This document shows positions 12,424 through 24,516 of a stretch of DNA of 64,000 nucleotides, piece by piece (position 1 is the stretch's first letter; every line of letters starts with the position of its first letter). Below the pieces are notes generated by a model, which saw nothing but the letters and a program-made list of their open reading frames with translations, made no database searches and had not been told where the DNA came from. The stretch is from Takakia lepidozioides (lineage: Eukaryota; Plantae; Bryophyta): assembly GCA_030704615.1 (NCBI GenBank), contig CM060732.1, positions 1,302,001 through 1,366,000 on the forward strand. The letters run 5' to 3'. The translations under genes and the position numbers were made by a program.

Positions 12424-14639
12424 TTGATTTCATCCTTGACATCCCAGATGGGCTTCCAGTGCCTGATATCATTCCCACAGATGTGACTCCAGCCTGGAAT
12501 GCTCATAATCCACTTTATTGGCAGTGGGCCTTCTCTTTCAGCAGCAAGTTTCTGTCTGACGCTGGGTCGCTTTTGATTTTCCAGGGTGAGGACATGGCAT
12601 CCCGCCGGATGCTTCACAGCTACATGAAGTCCTCGGGGTTCAAAATCCGCAAAATTTGGACCCGTGTCAACACCCTGCCACTATCTAGTGCAGAGTTTTC
12701 CGGGCAGAAGGTACTCTCCTGGGCTTTGTTGTGTGTTATTGTTTCGTGGAATTGCCCTTAACAACGTTTCTAACATTGGTGCTGTTGCAGACACATGTGT
12801 TCAAGGCCATTTGTCTTGCTCAAATTCGGCCAGACACCACTCTTGCTCATGTTGGCCATCGACGTTTGGGAAGGGGGGCTTCACATAGACCCGGAATGCG
12901 ACCCTGTGGAATCCGATGTTATCCACAACTATGTGGACTCCTCCCAGACATTGAAAAAAACTGGTGGCATTCCATGGAGAGGTGCTCGGGAGAAGTCACC
13001 CGCTTTCATGCAGACTTTGATTGAGACATGTAGCCAGCATGGTGGGAAAGTGGTGGACCTGTCCATGGGAACAAGTTGGTGCCCAATCAAATTCCATTTC
13101 TTGGGTGCACTTCTTTGCCTTCAGATTGTGCTTCTTGCTTTGTTTCGTGGATCCATTTGCACTGTTGCAGGGGCTTCCTTCCATGCATGCAAGTATGCAG
13201 GCAGGCATTTTTTCAGGATGGAAGGGGACGAGCAGCTCTACTCTCAAGTCATCGCACCTTTGTCTGGGGGTTCATCGCATTCGACCCAAAGTGAGAACAT
13301 TGTTGTGGAGCCGGATCTGCAAGAGCCCGATGCTCTGGATGTTGATTCTGATTTCTCATGTGAGTAAGTGCTAGTTCAGTTGTGGCAATTCACTGACACG
13401 ACGGCGCATCCTTCCATTTCCATCTTTCCTGCACAAGTTGGGCCAGCTGAATGTATATGGACTTACATTGTTTGTTTGTGTGTACAGGAGCCCAAGGTCG
13501 CCACGGTTCCTCCCTTTCTTTGCAAACCCGCAATTTTTCCCAAGTCCGAAAGCAGATTTTAAATTGCCATGTTATGTGGAGGCTGCAACTTCGGAATTTA
13601 GTCTCCTCTCTTCTCCCCCTGGTTTGCTTTTAAACAGAGAGGGTTTTGTGCAAAGCAGGGCTAGTGTCTTCATAGACAGTTCTGCCTTCGTTTTGGACGC
13701 CGACTCCAGTAGCACAAAATATTCTTCGTGGAATGAATCTTTAGTTATTAAACAATTTACTTTGAAGCACCAAATGGCCTCTCCACCTTCTTTGCAAATG
13801 TGTGTCAGCAACTATGTCGACTTTTGATTGCTGATGAAAGGACAATCACAACCCTCACCAGTGGGCAGAAGTTCACTCTAGAGGTAGGGGGATTTAGCAA
13901 CCACTACTGAAAAATGCATCTTAGTTTTGCATTCATCTAGAAACTACATTCATCCATGTACCATTTGTCGAACATCCTTTCATCCCCCATTCATTCATCG
14001 TTCATCCATAACGATGAATGACGTATGCATGATATACTTGACACAACCCGCAGTAATAGGTCCTCTAGGCCGAATAGGTGTCCGCGGTTATAGGTGAGCA
14101 CATGCAGATCCGTGAGCAGAATTTTGCTCACGGAATTTTCTGCTCACGGAATTTGCTCACGGTTTAGCAATCCCCTCCATTTTTTGGGGAAGTTTGACTT
14201 CGGCGTCTGCTCCTCTAGTAATCGGCCTCTCAAAATCAACGGTGCATACTTTCCATCAATTGCAACCTGCCCGTTATAAGGAGGTTGCTTGCTCAACGAC
14301 AAATTCGTGATCTCCGACAATGCAGGTAACAACTCAAATTCTCACTCAGACATGGGGTCAATAAAAGGCAGTATCAATTTGTTAATTCCTTGGAATTGTT
14401 TGACTAATGGAATGCTCCAATTTCACAAAGTTGTGAGGTTTTAGGAATTGCCTGAAGTTCAGATGCTGATCGCACGACTGGATATGGTATGGGACCGGCG
14501 GTAACACTTCATAAAGTGTGGCTTCTGTTATCTGATACAAATACCGAAGTTTATTTGATTTAGCTTCAATTAACTTATTATAAGTTGAATTTCAATTCAA
14601 ACTTATTTGACTTTATTTATCCTCAAATGTGAAACAGGT

Positions 14640-17600
14640 GTTTGTTGACACAGGTGTCCACCTACTCTCGGCCCATTGTTCTATGCCCCGATGTACCAGA
14701 TGAGGTCCTCCCCAGTGCCTTCACCATCACCATAATGCAGCTTGAATCAGAGAGACTTCCGGTCTTTTTAAGCTGGCCAGCAGCTTGTCGAGCTCCTCAT
14801 GATAAGTGTCCTCTGCTGTACAATTACAAGCATACTTTTTAAATCACTTTCAACAGGAGGGACATGTTATCAGAAACAAGGGTAGAGATATTCAACTGCT
14901 TGCTCTGCTCTCTACTGGTTTCTATGAAAAATCTGAACTGGGCACGGGGTCTATGGCCATAAGGCAACGTCTCATGACTACATTCTATTATAGCACCAAC
15001 AGATATGATTTGACAAACCCTGGGTTCTGACAGATTACTCACAAGTCAAGAGTCCCCCCCACATGTGTATGCTTGAGAGCTTCATTGTAATTTTGCTCAT
15101 GGGCCTAGATGATGCAAGCAGTCAGCAGCAACGTAGGATTGCATGTGACTCAGGCTTGCATTCAGCCTGGATTGCATATGGCTGTGCATAAAAAGATAAC
15201 GGAATTTGAAATTAGGAAACGCAGGTCAACATGAAACAACAGGAAACATCAACTAGGGTCTGATGTAAGTAACAAAGGTTGGTGGACAGAAGTTGCTGCG
15301 TTTGCCAACGCATACCATCAACCAGGCATCATAGTAGCGCATTATGAATTCCAGGACTTCAGACTTTGTGGCTTCTTGAGCAAATATCTGCTTTCAAAAT
15401 TGTAATGATTACAAGTTGCCATCTGGAGCTATGTAAAAAGCAGACATGTGGAAGGTAGTAGGGAACAAAAGATACCTGTCATCTCATCAAGAATGGCAGC
15501 TGAAGTGCAGAGGACTTCATCTCTGTCACTGCTTGTTAACAAAGTCTTTTGCTGAAACTGCCATATTCAACCAAACTGCCCCATGATGAACCATTTGCTC
15601 TAAAACATCTATACTTTACAGGTAAGCAGCGAACAAGCAATCCTTAAAACATAGCACCTCAACCAGAGGCTGCCAGTCCCTTAATCAATCAACACCGCCG
15701 TAACTTCGCTGGTCACATGGATGCACATGTGCTCAGACTTCTGCAATCATGCACTCAATGCTACCCTAAGGCAGGGAATAACACGTCACTTTGTTGGGTA
15801 GTTGCCACCAGGCATAACTGGAACTCTATAGCATACCTCCCTCGCTCCAAAGTACAGCACATTCCACTTCACAGAAAACAGAAAATACATACACTCACTG
15901 CATATTTTTTCTCTACTACAGGATTGAGAGGAAATCCTGAGACAAATCCACCATGGCGGTATCAACCAGTCTACTGAATCCACAGCATGCTGCAAATGAA
16001 CATAATCCAACATCATTGAGTAACAATCAGGTAACAAGGCTCAAGAAGAACATGACAATAATAATTTTGAGATCAAGACTGTGCTAATTTATTTTCTTTG
16101 CAGAGAAACGGAGAGGTGATGCTCCAAAAGCAAGCACTTCTGTGTGAAAATGGAGCAACCTTCAACACTTCGCAACTGCAGCGAAAAGAGTAGCCAATGG
16201 ATTGAACAAATAAGTTAAGCTAAAACATAATTCTGATCAAAACAACTTGCAAAGCCAAGGCAATGGGTCTCAGTTCTGACTCCATTCATGTGACTGGATT
16301 CCAATGCATATTTCAATCACTACTTAACTCGAGAACCTTCCTGACTTGATCTACTAACCTCAAAAATGGCAGATCACACTACGAATCAACTGCAACTTAT
16401 GACTGCATCTCTGAGTTCTTCGGATACACTGCAACAAAAAGGTGATAACAGTTCACCTTTGACTGCTATTTCTCAACATCTTAGAGCTCCTGCAGACTTC
16501 CAAGTTCAGGAGCTCTGCCAGCTGAGCATCGCTCCGATGAGCTACAGTGATAGAAACAAATCCAGGGAATTATAGTAATTACTACAATTATTGCTGCGAC
16601 CCTGCCAATCAAAATCACTGCAAACCAGTAAAGATCCACCCAGCGATCAGCTAACATACAAAATTCACATGCAAAATCAGGGACATTCTAATGAGAGGGA
16701 AAATCAGGCTGAAATAGGTTGAATACTTAAGGGAAAGGTTGAAGAGACAAATATGATGGGAGAGCTGTAAGAGAATATCTGAATGACGAAAGAGCTGGAA
16801 TACCTGCTAGCAACTGATGTCTTACGTGTGGGCGCTGGACATATCCAAGAGTGTGTGAACTGCTGGGTGGCACTGGATTCGCCTTTGGCAGTAGTGAAGC
16901 ATCGCTTGCAATACCTTAATAAGGAACCATTACTATGCCGGCCATCTACCTTTTTCCGCAGCCTTGAGCTGCATTAGAGTGACTATTTGGATCTGTTGTG
17001 GCGGAAAACTGCAAACTTAGCTGGCAAGGCTTAGTGAAATTGGGAACTATTGGACGCACACTGGGACGTATGAGAGGGCACGTTGAACACACCGGCCAAG
17101 TCTCAAAGCGAACGAAAATCATTTGGATGGGCAACCATCCGTTGGCCCATTGAACAAATTTCGATTGATCTCATATTACTTTGGGGCCTCTTACATGGTA
17201 CATTGAACATACTGGCCAAGTCTCAAAGCGAACCAAAATCATTTCGATGGCCAACCAGCCGTTGAGCCATCGAATGAATTTTGATTGATCTCATATTAGT
17301 CCGGGACTTGTGAGAGGATGTCTCAAACGTACTGGCAAAGTTTGGAAGCAAACAAAAATGATTGGGATGGGCAACCATCCGTTCACCCGTTGAATGTACT
17401 CCGTTGGATCTGCTATTACTTTGGGACCTGTTGGACTGTGTTTCGCGTGTTCATGTTTTTTTTTTCATTCTGTTTTTTAATGGGGCATGTAATGACTCCA
17501 TATGCAACGTGCGTGCCAAATTTGGGAGCGATCAAAATTCATTTGGACCCAAAACCACAGTTTCTTCCCTATTTTGCACTCCAAACTTGTTTTGTGTTCT

Positions 17601-20150
17601 ACTTCATGCACTCTTCATAAAGAGTTCTGCAATAGTGAGCGAAGAGAACACTTTTTTTTGGGGGGCATTTTTTATTGGTCCAAATTTTGGCAGGGGAGTA
17701 GCAGTGGGATGCTGGAAGCCGCAGAACAAAATTGAACCAAAAACAAAATCAATGCGTGCCAGAAACCCCCAACGAAAGGCAGTGCAAACTATTTATTGGC
17801 TTAAAATTAATTTAAATTCAATTAAGTTCTGGAATGGCTTGAGGGGTGAGCGCGTCGATGGGGAGGCAAATGATTTATTCGTCTATTGTGTCTCCGAACA
17901 TATGTTGCACACATGTTCAAGCACATGCGGGCAAAAGATGGGCTTCAACCCATCCGTTCAATGGGTGCAATAGTCGTGCACGCATTGCAGGATTTTTTTT
18001 CTCGCAATGAACAAAAACCAGATGACAACTGAACGCCTCATTGGCCCATCAAACAAATTTCGATTGATCTCATATTACACTGGGACGTATGAGAGGGCAC
18101 GTTGAACACACCGGCCAAGTCTCAAAGCGAACGAAAATCATTTGGATGGGCAACCATCCGTTGGCCCATTGAACAAATTTCGATTGATCTCATATTACTT
18201 TGGGGCCTCTTACATGGTACATTGAACATACTGGCCAAGTCTCAAAGCGAACCAAAATCATTTCGATGGCCAACCAGCCGTTGAGCCATCGAATGAATTT
18301 TGATTGATCTCATATTAGTCCGGGACTTGTGAGAGGATGTCTCAAACGTACTGGCAAAGTTTGGAAGCAAACAAAAATGATTGGGATGGGCAACCATCCG
18401 TTCACCCGTTGAATGTACTCCGTTGGATCTGCTATTACTTTGGGACCTGTTGGACTGTGTTTCGCGTGTTCATGTTTTTTTTTTCATTCTGTTTTTGAAT
18501 GGGGCATGTAATGACTCCATATGCAACGTGCGTGCCAAATTTGGGAGCGATCAAAATTCATTTGGACCCAAAACCACAGTTTCTTCCCTATTTTGCACTC
18601 CAAACTTGTTTTGTGTTCTACTTCATGCACTCTTCATAAAGAGTTCTGCAATAGTGAGCGAAGAGAACACTTTTTTTTTGGGGCATTTTTTATTGGTCCA
18701 AATTTTGGCGGGGGAGTAGCAGTGGGATGCTTGAAGCCGCAGAACAAAATTGAACCAAAAACAAAATCGATGCGTGCCAGAAACCCCCAACGAAAGGCAG
18801 TGCAAACTATTTATTGGCTTAAAATTAATTTAAATTCAATTAAGTTCTGGAATGGCTTGAGGGGTGAGCGCGTCGATGGGGAGGCAAATGATTTATTCGT
18901 CTATTGTGTCTCCGAACATATGTTGCACACATGTTCAAGCACATGCGGGCAAAAGATGGGCTTCAACCCATCCGTTCAATGGGTGCAATAGTCGTGCACG
19001 CATTGCAGGATTTTTTTTCTCGCAATGAACAAAACCAGATGACAACTGAACGCCTCATTGGCCCATCAAACAAATTTCGATTGATCTCATATTCTTTGTG
19101 ATCTGTTTTTGGATACTTCCTGTTGCCACATTGGCAGTAACATGTAAAAACATTCCGAACAATCATAGATCCATCCAATGAGTTAATTTGCAAAATTGAA
19201 CTTGAGAATTAGGGACGACTATAATAAGAGGGAAAAACAGGCTGAAATGTGTTGAAGAAGGTGCCTTTATGAGCAGTGACCATGCACCATCCACCCCTGC
19301 TGGTCTCTTGTAGCTATTGATCCACAGGGAATCATAAGTAATCTTGTGTTGAATCTGCCAACAAGATAAAGAAGCAAGAGGCAGAAAGGTTACCAGTCTT
19401 GGAGTATGTCGAGGCCCCCAGCCACAGTATAGGTGTGTTACTGCTGCTGCCGCTCCCACTTCACCATCCACCCATGCAGGTCTCTTGTAGGTATTGATCC
19501 ACAGGGAATCATAAGCAATCTTTTGTTGAATCCGCCAGCGAGATTAAGAAGCAAAAGGCAGAAAGGTTACCTGCCAGTCTTGAAGTATGTCGAGGCCCCC
19601 ATCCACCACCAGAGTACACAACGCCGGCACCCGTGTTCAATTCAACTTTCCGATATGGATAGATCGTTATAGCGGCAGAAGTTCTCCAAGGACACACGAT
19701 CTGCACTCGCGAGACCGAGAATGCACACAGACGGACACAAGAAGGAGACGGCGACAGGATCCGAGATTAGCAGGCCACAGTTTTGACACACCAAACAGCA
19801 TGAAACAGGCCTGCCAGATTAAGCCCGGGCACATCCCAGGGCATGATGTTATGATCTCATCAGCAGCCTCCCCTTGGAACTGTTTGTCTTCCTCGCGAGC
19901 TTGAAGCAGGATCACATAGCTACCAAAACAGAGAGAAAAAGAGAGGGAGTGTAGAGGAATTCGAAGCAAGCGAAAGATTAACATTTTGTACCTCTACAGC
20001 GGCCACGCCCCCGCATACGAAACCCGACGTCTTAGTGAAAAAGTCGCGCTGTCTTGAATGCAGCCGTGCCCTGGATAAGAAAGTGAGAAGAAAGTTATTG
20101 CATGCTGATGATGTCCACTGCGACTACTAAGTGACACCCTGTGATCGTGA
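14640..20150 (-). pseudogene. Decayed multi-exon gene, possibly a sigma-70-like paralog
   Basis: Many small GT-AG-bounded segments. The last one reads EELDKLLASLKRPEVSLI(fs)LHYGDGEG..MGRE*V (sigma region 4-like). Others read SDAQLAELLNL, LQLIRSV and MLWIQ*. Numerous stops. Confidence 0.3.
17058..19093. repeat. Near-identical 1019-bp tandem duplication with internal ~120-bp subrepeats
   Basis: 17058-18076 is repeated from 18077. The internal unit ends in AAATTTCGATTGATCTCATATTA. Confidence 0.95.
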
Positions 20151-20949
20151 GCTTCAGGTATCGACGATGCACACTGGAGACTAACTGGAGACTAACTGGA
20201 AGCGTACAAGATGGTAAAACGAAAAGAAAGAAAGAAGACAGTTTTTAGCTCGGATAAGAGGATACCCAGGGAGACCGTCGCAATGACATCGCAAGTAGTA
20301 GGCAGAGCGAGAGGAGCACTGACATCTCAATCATTTTGGAAAGAATAATGAACTACAATGAAGAACGATGGCAGCAACGCGCGAGAAGAAGCGCGAAGAA
20401 GGGGGAAGAAGGGGGAAGAAGCGCGAGAAGTGGGGGACCGCGAGAACCCGACGCTTCCTGCGTGAACATCATCCTTCGTGGAACCCATTTTGCCACCATT
20501 TTGCCACGATGACAAGATGACATTTTAAAAATCGCTGCCCGTCTTGAGCGGCTATAGGGGACATATGAACGTTGGAACAGCCTTTCTTTGGCCTCAATTT
20601 TTTCTAATGGAAGGTCTTTCGTGACTGGGAGGTATGACTTCGGACGTTTAATCTCACGTCCACACATGGAGTCAAATTATGCAGGATGGGGGTGGTCGTT
20701 ATGAAACATATGACTTCCATGGCACACTCTGGATACTGCACGTGGCACGAGCATGGGTGAACACGAGGGGTGAAAGTGACACGTGGTGGAGGCTTTGTGG
20801 ATGGGAGGTAGTCGTGTACATGACCATAGTCATGGGCGTGACTCTAGCAGCATTGAGACATGAAAGCACCATTGAAAGCACACGAAAACACCATTGAAAC
20901 ATGAAAGCACATTTGAAATTGGAACATCGATTCAAATACAACGTGACTT

Positions 20950-22010
20950 AATGTTCAGAGATCCGTTCCATAATCTACTCCGGTGCTGCTACAAAAATGC
21001 ACAAAGCTGCAAAATCTAAGTAGACTTCCAAATGCCTGAGCAGAAGATGCATACACTGGCTTGGCCGCACTTGGTCACCCACCTTCAACTGCCATCTAGC
21101 CCGAAAACGACAGAAGATACATGAGCAAACTTTCAGGCAATATCATAACAACAGCTGTGTACAAAATGAAAAATTGCAGGTAGGGAACCCTTACCCCATT
21201 CTAGCAGTCAAGGACTGGAGGTTTGGGAGTTGTCTTGCTGACAGGTAGTGCGGTTGCTGCAAGCATCGCACTCCACGACACCACACCTCATTCAGCCATA
21301 GTGTTGAACCTTTGCATCCTCGATGCATCCATATTTGGCATACATGTCCACCAGGGCAGTGTTCAGAATGACATCTGGTAATTGACAGGCAAACATTTTT
21401 TTGCCTCGGTTGTCCCACCATTGACTATGATTAGAAAAGTATTCATTCCACAGATTCTCCTCATCTCTCCATATTTGACATACATGTCCACCAGGGCAGT
21501 GTTCAGAATGACATCTGGTAATTGACAGGCAAACACCTTTTTGCCTCGGTTGTCCCACCATTGACTGGGATCAGAAAGTATTCATTCCACAGCTTCTCCT
21601 CATCTCTGGTACCTATTTTTGGATACATTCCTGTTGTCACACTGGCAGTATCATGTGTCAAAGTCACTCCAAAATAGATTCACTCAACCAGCTAACTTGC
21701 AAAATTCAACATGGAAATTTATGGCCGATTCTGATAAGAGGGAAAAACAGGGTCTCATGTGTTGTAGAAGGTGCCTTCATTAGCAGTGCCTGATTTTATC
21801 AATCGTCCCGCTGGTGCTGCGGCTTCCAGTTGACCATCTACCCATGCATGTTTCTTGTATCTATCCTTCCACAGGAAATCATAGGTAATTATCTGGAGCT
21901 TGAAGTCCAGCCCTCTTGGATGATCTGGACCCACACTTTATCCCTGCTCCTTCAGCTACCTATGCCTCTGCACAGATCATGCATACATCCTTGCATTGTT
22001 GTTAGCAGCT
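20950..22010 (-). pseudogene. PLS-class PPR gene fragments
   Basis: LNTALVDMYAKYGCIEDAK followed, after a frameshift, by FNTMAE*GVVSWSAMLAA. A ~140-bp tandem duplication spans 21329-21607. Confidence 0.7.
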
Positions 22011-22420
22011 GACACTGACAGCCTAGATTGTTCCAGCAAACACCCAACTCAACTTATCAGACCAGTTCCTATTCTCAATTGCATCTGCTACTCTCTGTAA
22101 TCCAACAGGCATTTACCTTTTTGCCTCGGTTGTCCCAGTACCATTGACTGGGTCAGAAAAATATTCATCCCACAACTTATCCTCGTCTTTGTTACCTGTT
22201 TCTGGATACTTTCCTGTTGTCACATTGGCAGTATCATGTCAAAGTCACTCCAAACTATCTAGCTTGCGAGAGGGCCATCTCAATATGCCATTTCATTCTC
22301 CTCAATTTGGATTCATGGTTGTCATTTCTGCATCCGTTCGTACTTGAAATGTGAACTGTGAGAGCTTCAATTTGTTTTTGTGGACCCAATTTCACCTTCT
22401 CGTTAATGCTAGATTTGCAG

Positions 22421-22614
22421 GAGCATCTTTTCATGCCTGCAAAAACACCGGAAGGCACTTCTTTGGCATGGAAGGAGATGCAGAGCTCTTTTCTAGCGAG
22501 CTTGAGCAGCTTGCATTGGGCTCTACATCTGCCCCCCACACAGAGGTAGTTTTCGAGGAGGCCGACGTTCCTGACGAAGATCTGGACGTGGACTCTGATT
22601 TTGAGTGTGAGTAA
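22421..22614 (+). pseudogene. Paralogous last exon of the DNA methyltransferase
   Basis: After a TTTGCAG acceptor it reads GASFHACKNTGRHFFGMEGD..DVDSDFECE*, matching GASFHACKYAGRHFFRMEGD..DVDSDFSCE* at 13171-13367 with the same intron position. Confidence 0.85.
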
Positions 22615-23949
22615 GTCGTGTTTGTTGTCGTGCAATCAGGTATTGCATTCCATTGCATCTTTCCCGCATTGTTCCAATGATTGCTTCAATTACAAATTTT
22701 GCAATTGTGACTTCTAACACCATTCCGCTTGTTGCGTTTCAGAGTGCGGCACCAATCATCAAATCACCAAACATCTTTCGGTTTCCAAGGATACTACATG
22801 ACTCCAAGTCCGTGGTTACCACTTGCCTATTTACGCGGAAGCATGCGCACGTGTTTTGTCCATCAATCAACCTGTTCACCTTGGGGGGCATGGCAGAGAA
22901 AAATGTGGCGGACGGGCTGGCGTATATGTAGATAATATTGCTACAGTGTCTGGAAGTAGTTCCTCTGCAACCTCGGGTAGTTCATGGGGTTGATGTAGAC
23001 TGGCTTAATAAATGGAGTTTTGCATTGCAAGTTTTGCCAGTCTGTTCTACTGTCTTCTTTTCACGCATACCACAAAGCAACTTTAGGGATTTCCTGGTGT
23101 ATGTCTAGAGATCGTCAAACATTGGAAAGTGTATGTGAACTGGGAGAAATGAACTACGTTAAAAAAAAGGTATCGTTCATGTTCATTACGCAACCGGACA
23201 TTATACTCTGTGAAATATCCTGTGCTCGAAAACCATCCACAAACCTCCCCTGGTTTCACGACTGAATCGGATTTGGATGAGGGAGCAGTCCTATCGGAAA
23301 ATAAAGTTGAAAGATATGTGCCGCGGTAATCGCCTTCCGTTCCGCGGAAATAGGTGGCTTCCGCGGAATTAGGGCCTGTACATGGGAAACCTTGCTGACG
23401 TGGCGTAAGCCTGGCTGGGCTCACGCGCTCACAGGCTCACGCGGAAGCATTCCCCGAGGTCCAACCAACGAACATGCCAGATGGAATAAGCAAGGTGAGA
23501 CCTGCACTTCATTTGCTCATTGGCGTGTTTAAATGCATGTGCATTTTCGAGGGAGTTCATTAACAAACAAAATATGTTTGTGGGGGATGGACAGGAATCT
23601 TGGGAGGCTCTCATAGCGGGTGAGAGGGACGGGCTGAAGGCGGAAAGCGTGGACTCAGGGTCATCATCCTCCAAATTGGAGGGTAGCTCACACTCATCGG
23701 ACGAGTCCTCTTCGGATGAGTGAAGGGATGACTTCAGTTTATGACTTTAGTTTATGTTTGGGATGTTTGAGACTTCGCTTTTTGTATATGTATTTTTCGG
23801 TTGTCATCTCATTCATACCCTCGACGTTGTGGCATCTTGCAAATGTTGACTCATGGGATGTGTAGATTAGAGTACACGTTGCAAGCATCAACAACCATGG
23901 CACTAAACAAAAGCGGGGAACAAATGATCCAAAAAATAAAAAACCCCAC

Positions 23950-24516
23950 CCCAAATCGTAGGCCACCCCAGCGCGACCGGCCTGTTGCCCCAGCAACCCC
24001 TGCGACGCCCAAAGGGTCACTGCGACGGCTCTGTGACCCCTGGGGATCGCAACTGACCCCCACAACGTCACTTCGGCGACGCCGAGGCGTCGCCCGCTGC
24101 ATGGCCAAGATACCCCATGCAACGACCCCGCAACGACGCTCGTTGCGACGCCACGACGTTGCCATTGCGTCTCCACTGCGACACCCTGAGGTCACAGCGG
24201 AGACGCAAGGGGTGGCTACAAATGGCAGAGCCTGCAACCCCCCGACATTGCAATGTAGCAACGCTGGCATGCTCTTGTGTCACTGCGGATTGCGATACTG
24301 CTGTGTCCCAGGTTAGGGCCAGGGGGGTTGGTCAGCTTGCGACCCCCCTACATCGCTAAATTGCGTCGTTTTGGGAGTGACGTCGGTGCGACCTCTCGAC
24401 GTCGCAATTTCTTCCCAGCGCGCCCTCGTGCGCTAGAGTAGTTTTGCTGGAAATAGCGTCGCGGGGGTGTCGCTAACCCCCCCCCCCCGGGAAAAAAAAC
24501 AAAAAACGCTCTAGTG
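23950..24516 (-). mobile_element. CACTA-type element terminus with GCGAC/GTCGC subterminal repeats
   Basis: Ends in ...CTAGTG at 24516 (CACTAG on the minus strand), preceded by dense GCGAC/GTCGC motifs in both orientations. No partner end was identified. Confidence 0.55.

Larger units (their letters stand above)
6106..13367 (+). pseudogene. Multi-exon ParB-like domain plus beta-class N6A/N4C DNA methyltransferase fusion
   Basis: Inferred exons: ~6106-6621, 6864-7115, ~9282-9878, 9961-10153, 10259-10698, 10788-11004, 11504-~12050, ~12420-12710, 12791-~13070 and 13171-13367, mostly GT-AG. ParB/Srx-type VWDGNHRL motif (DGNHR at 9730-9744). MTase motifs DFILDIPDG (DPPY-like), then EKSPAFMQTLIETCSQHGGKVVDLSMGT/GASFHACKYAGRHFFRMEGD (SAM-binding), in beta-class order. 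Several stops and frameshifts. Assignment of the two 5' exons is less certain. Confidence 0.72.

Noticed and set aside
17362-18991. 203-aa and 156-aa ORFs as genes
   Set aside because: They lie in the tandem duplication, their frames differ between copies through homopolymer indels, and no domain is recognisable.
24460-24516. Helitron 3' end (hairpin plus CTAG)
   Set aside because: The hairpin is weak and too distant. The TAGTG end with subterminal repeats fits CACTA better.
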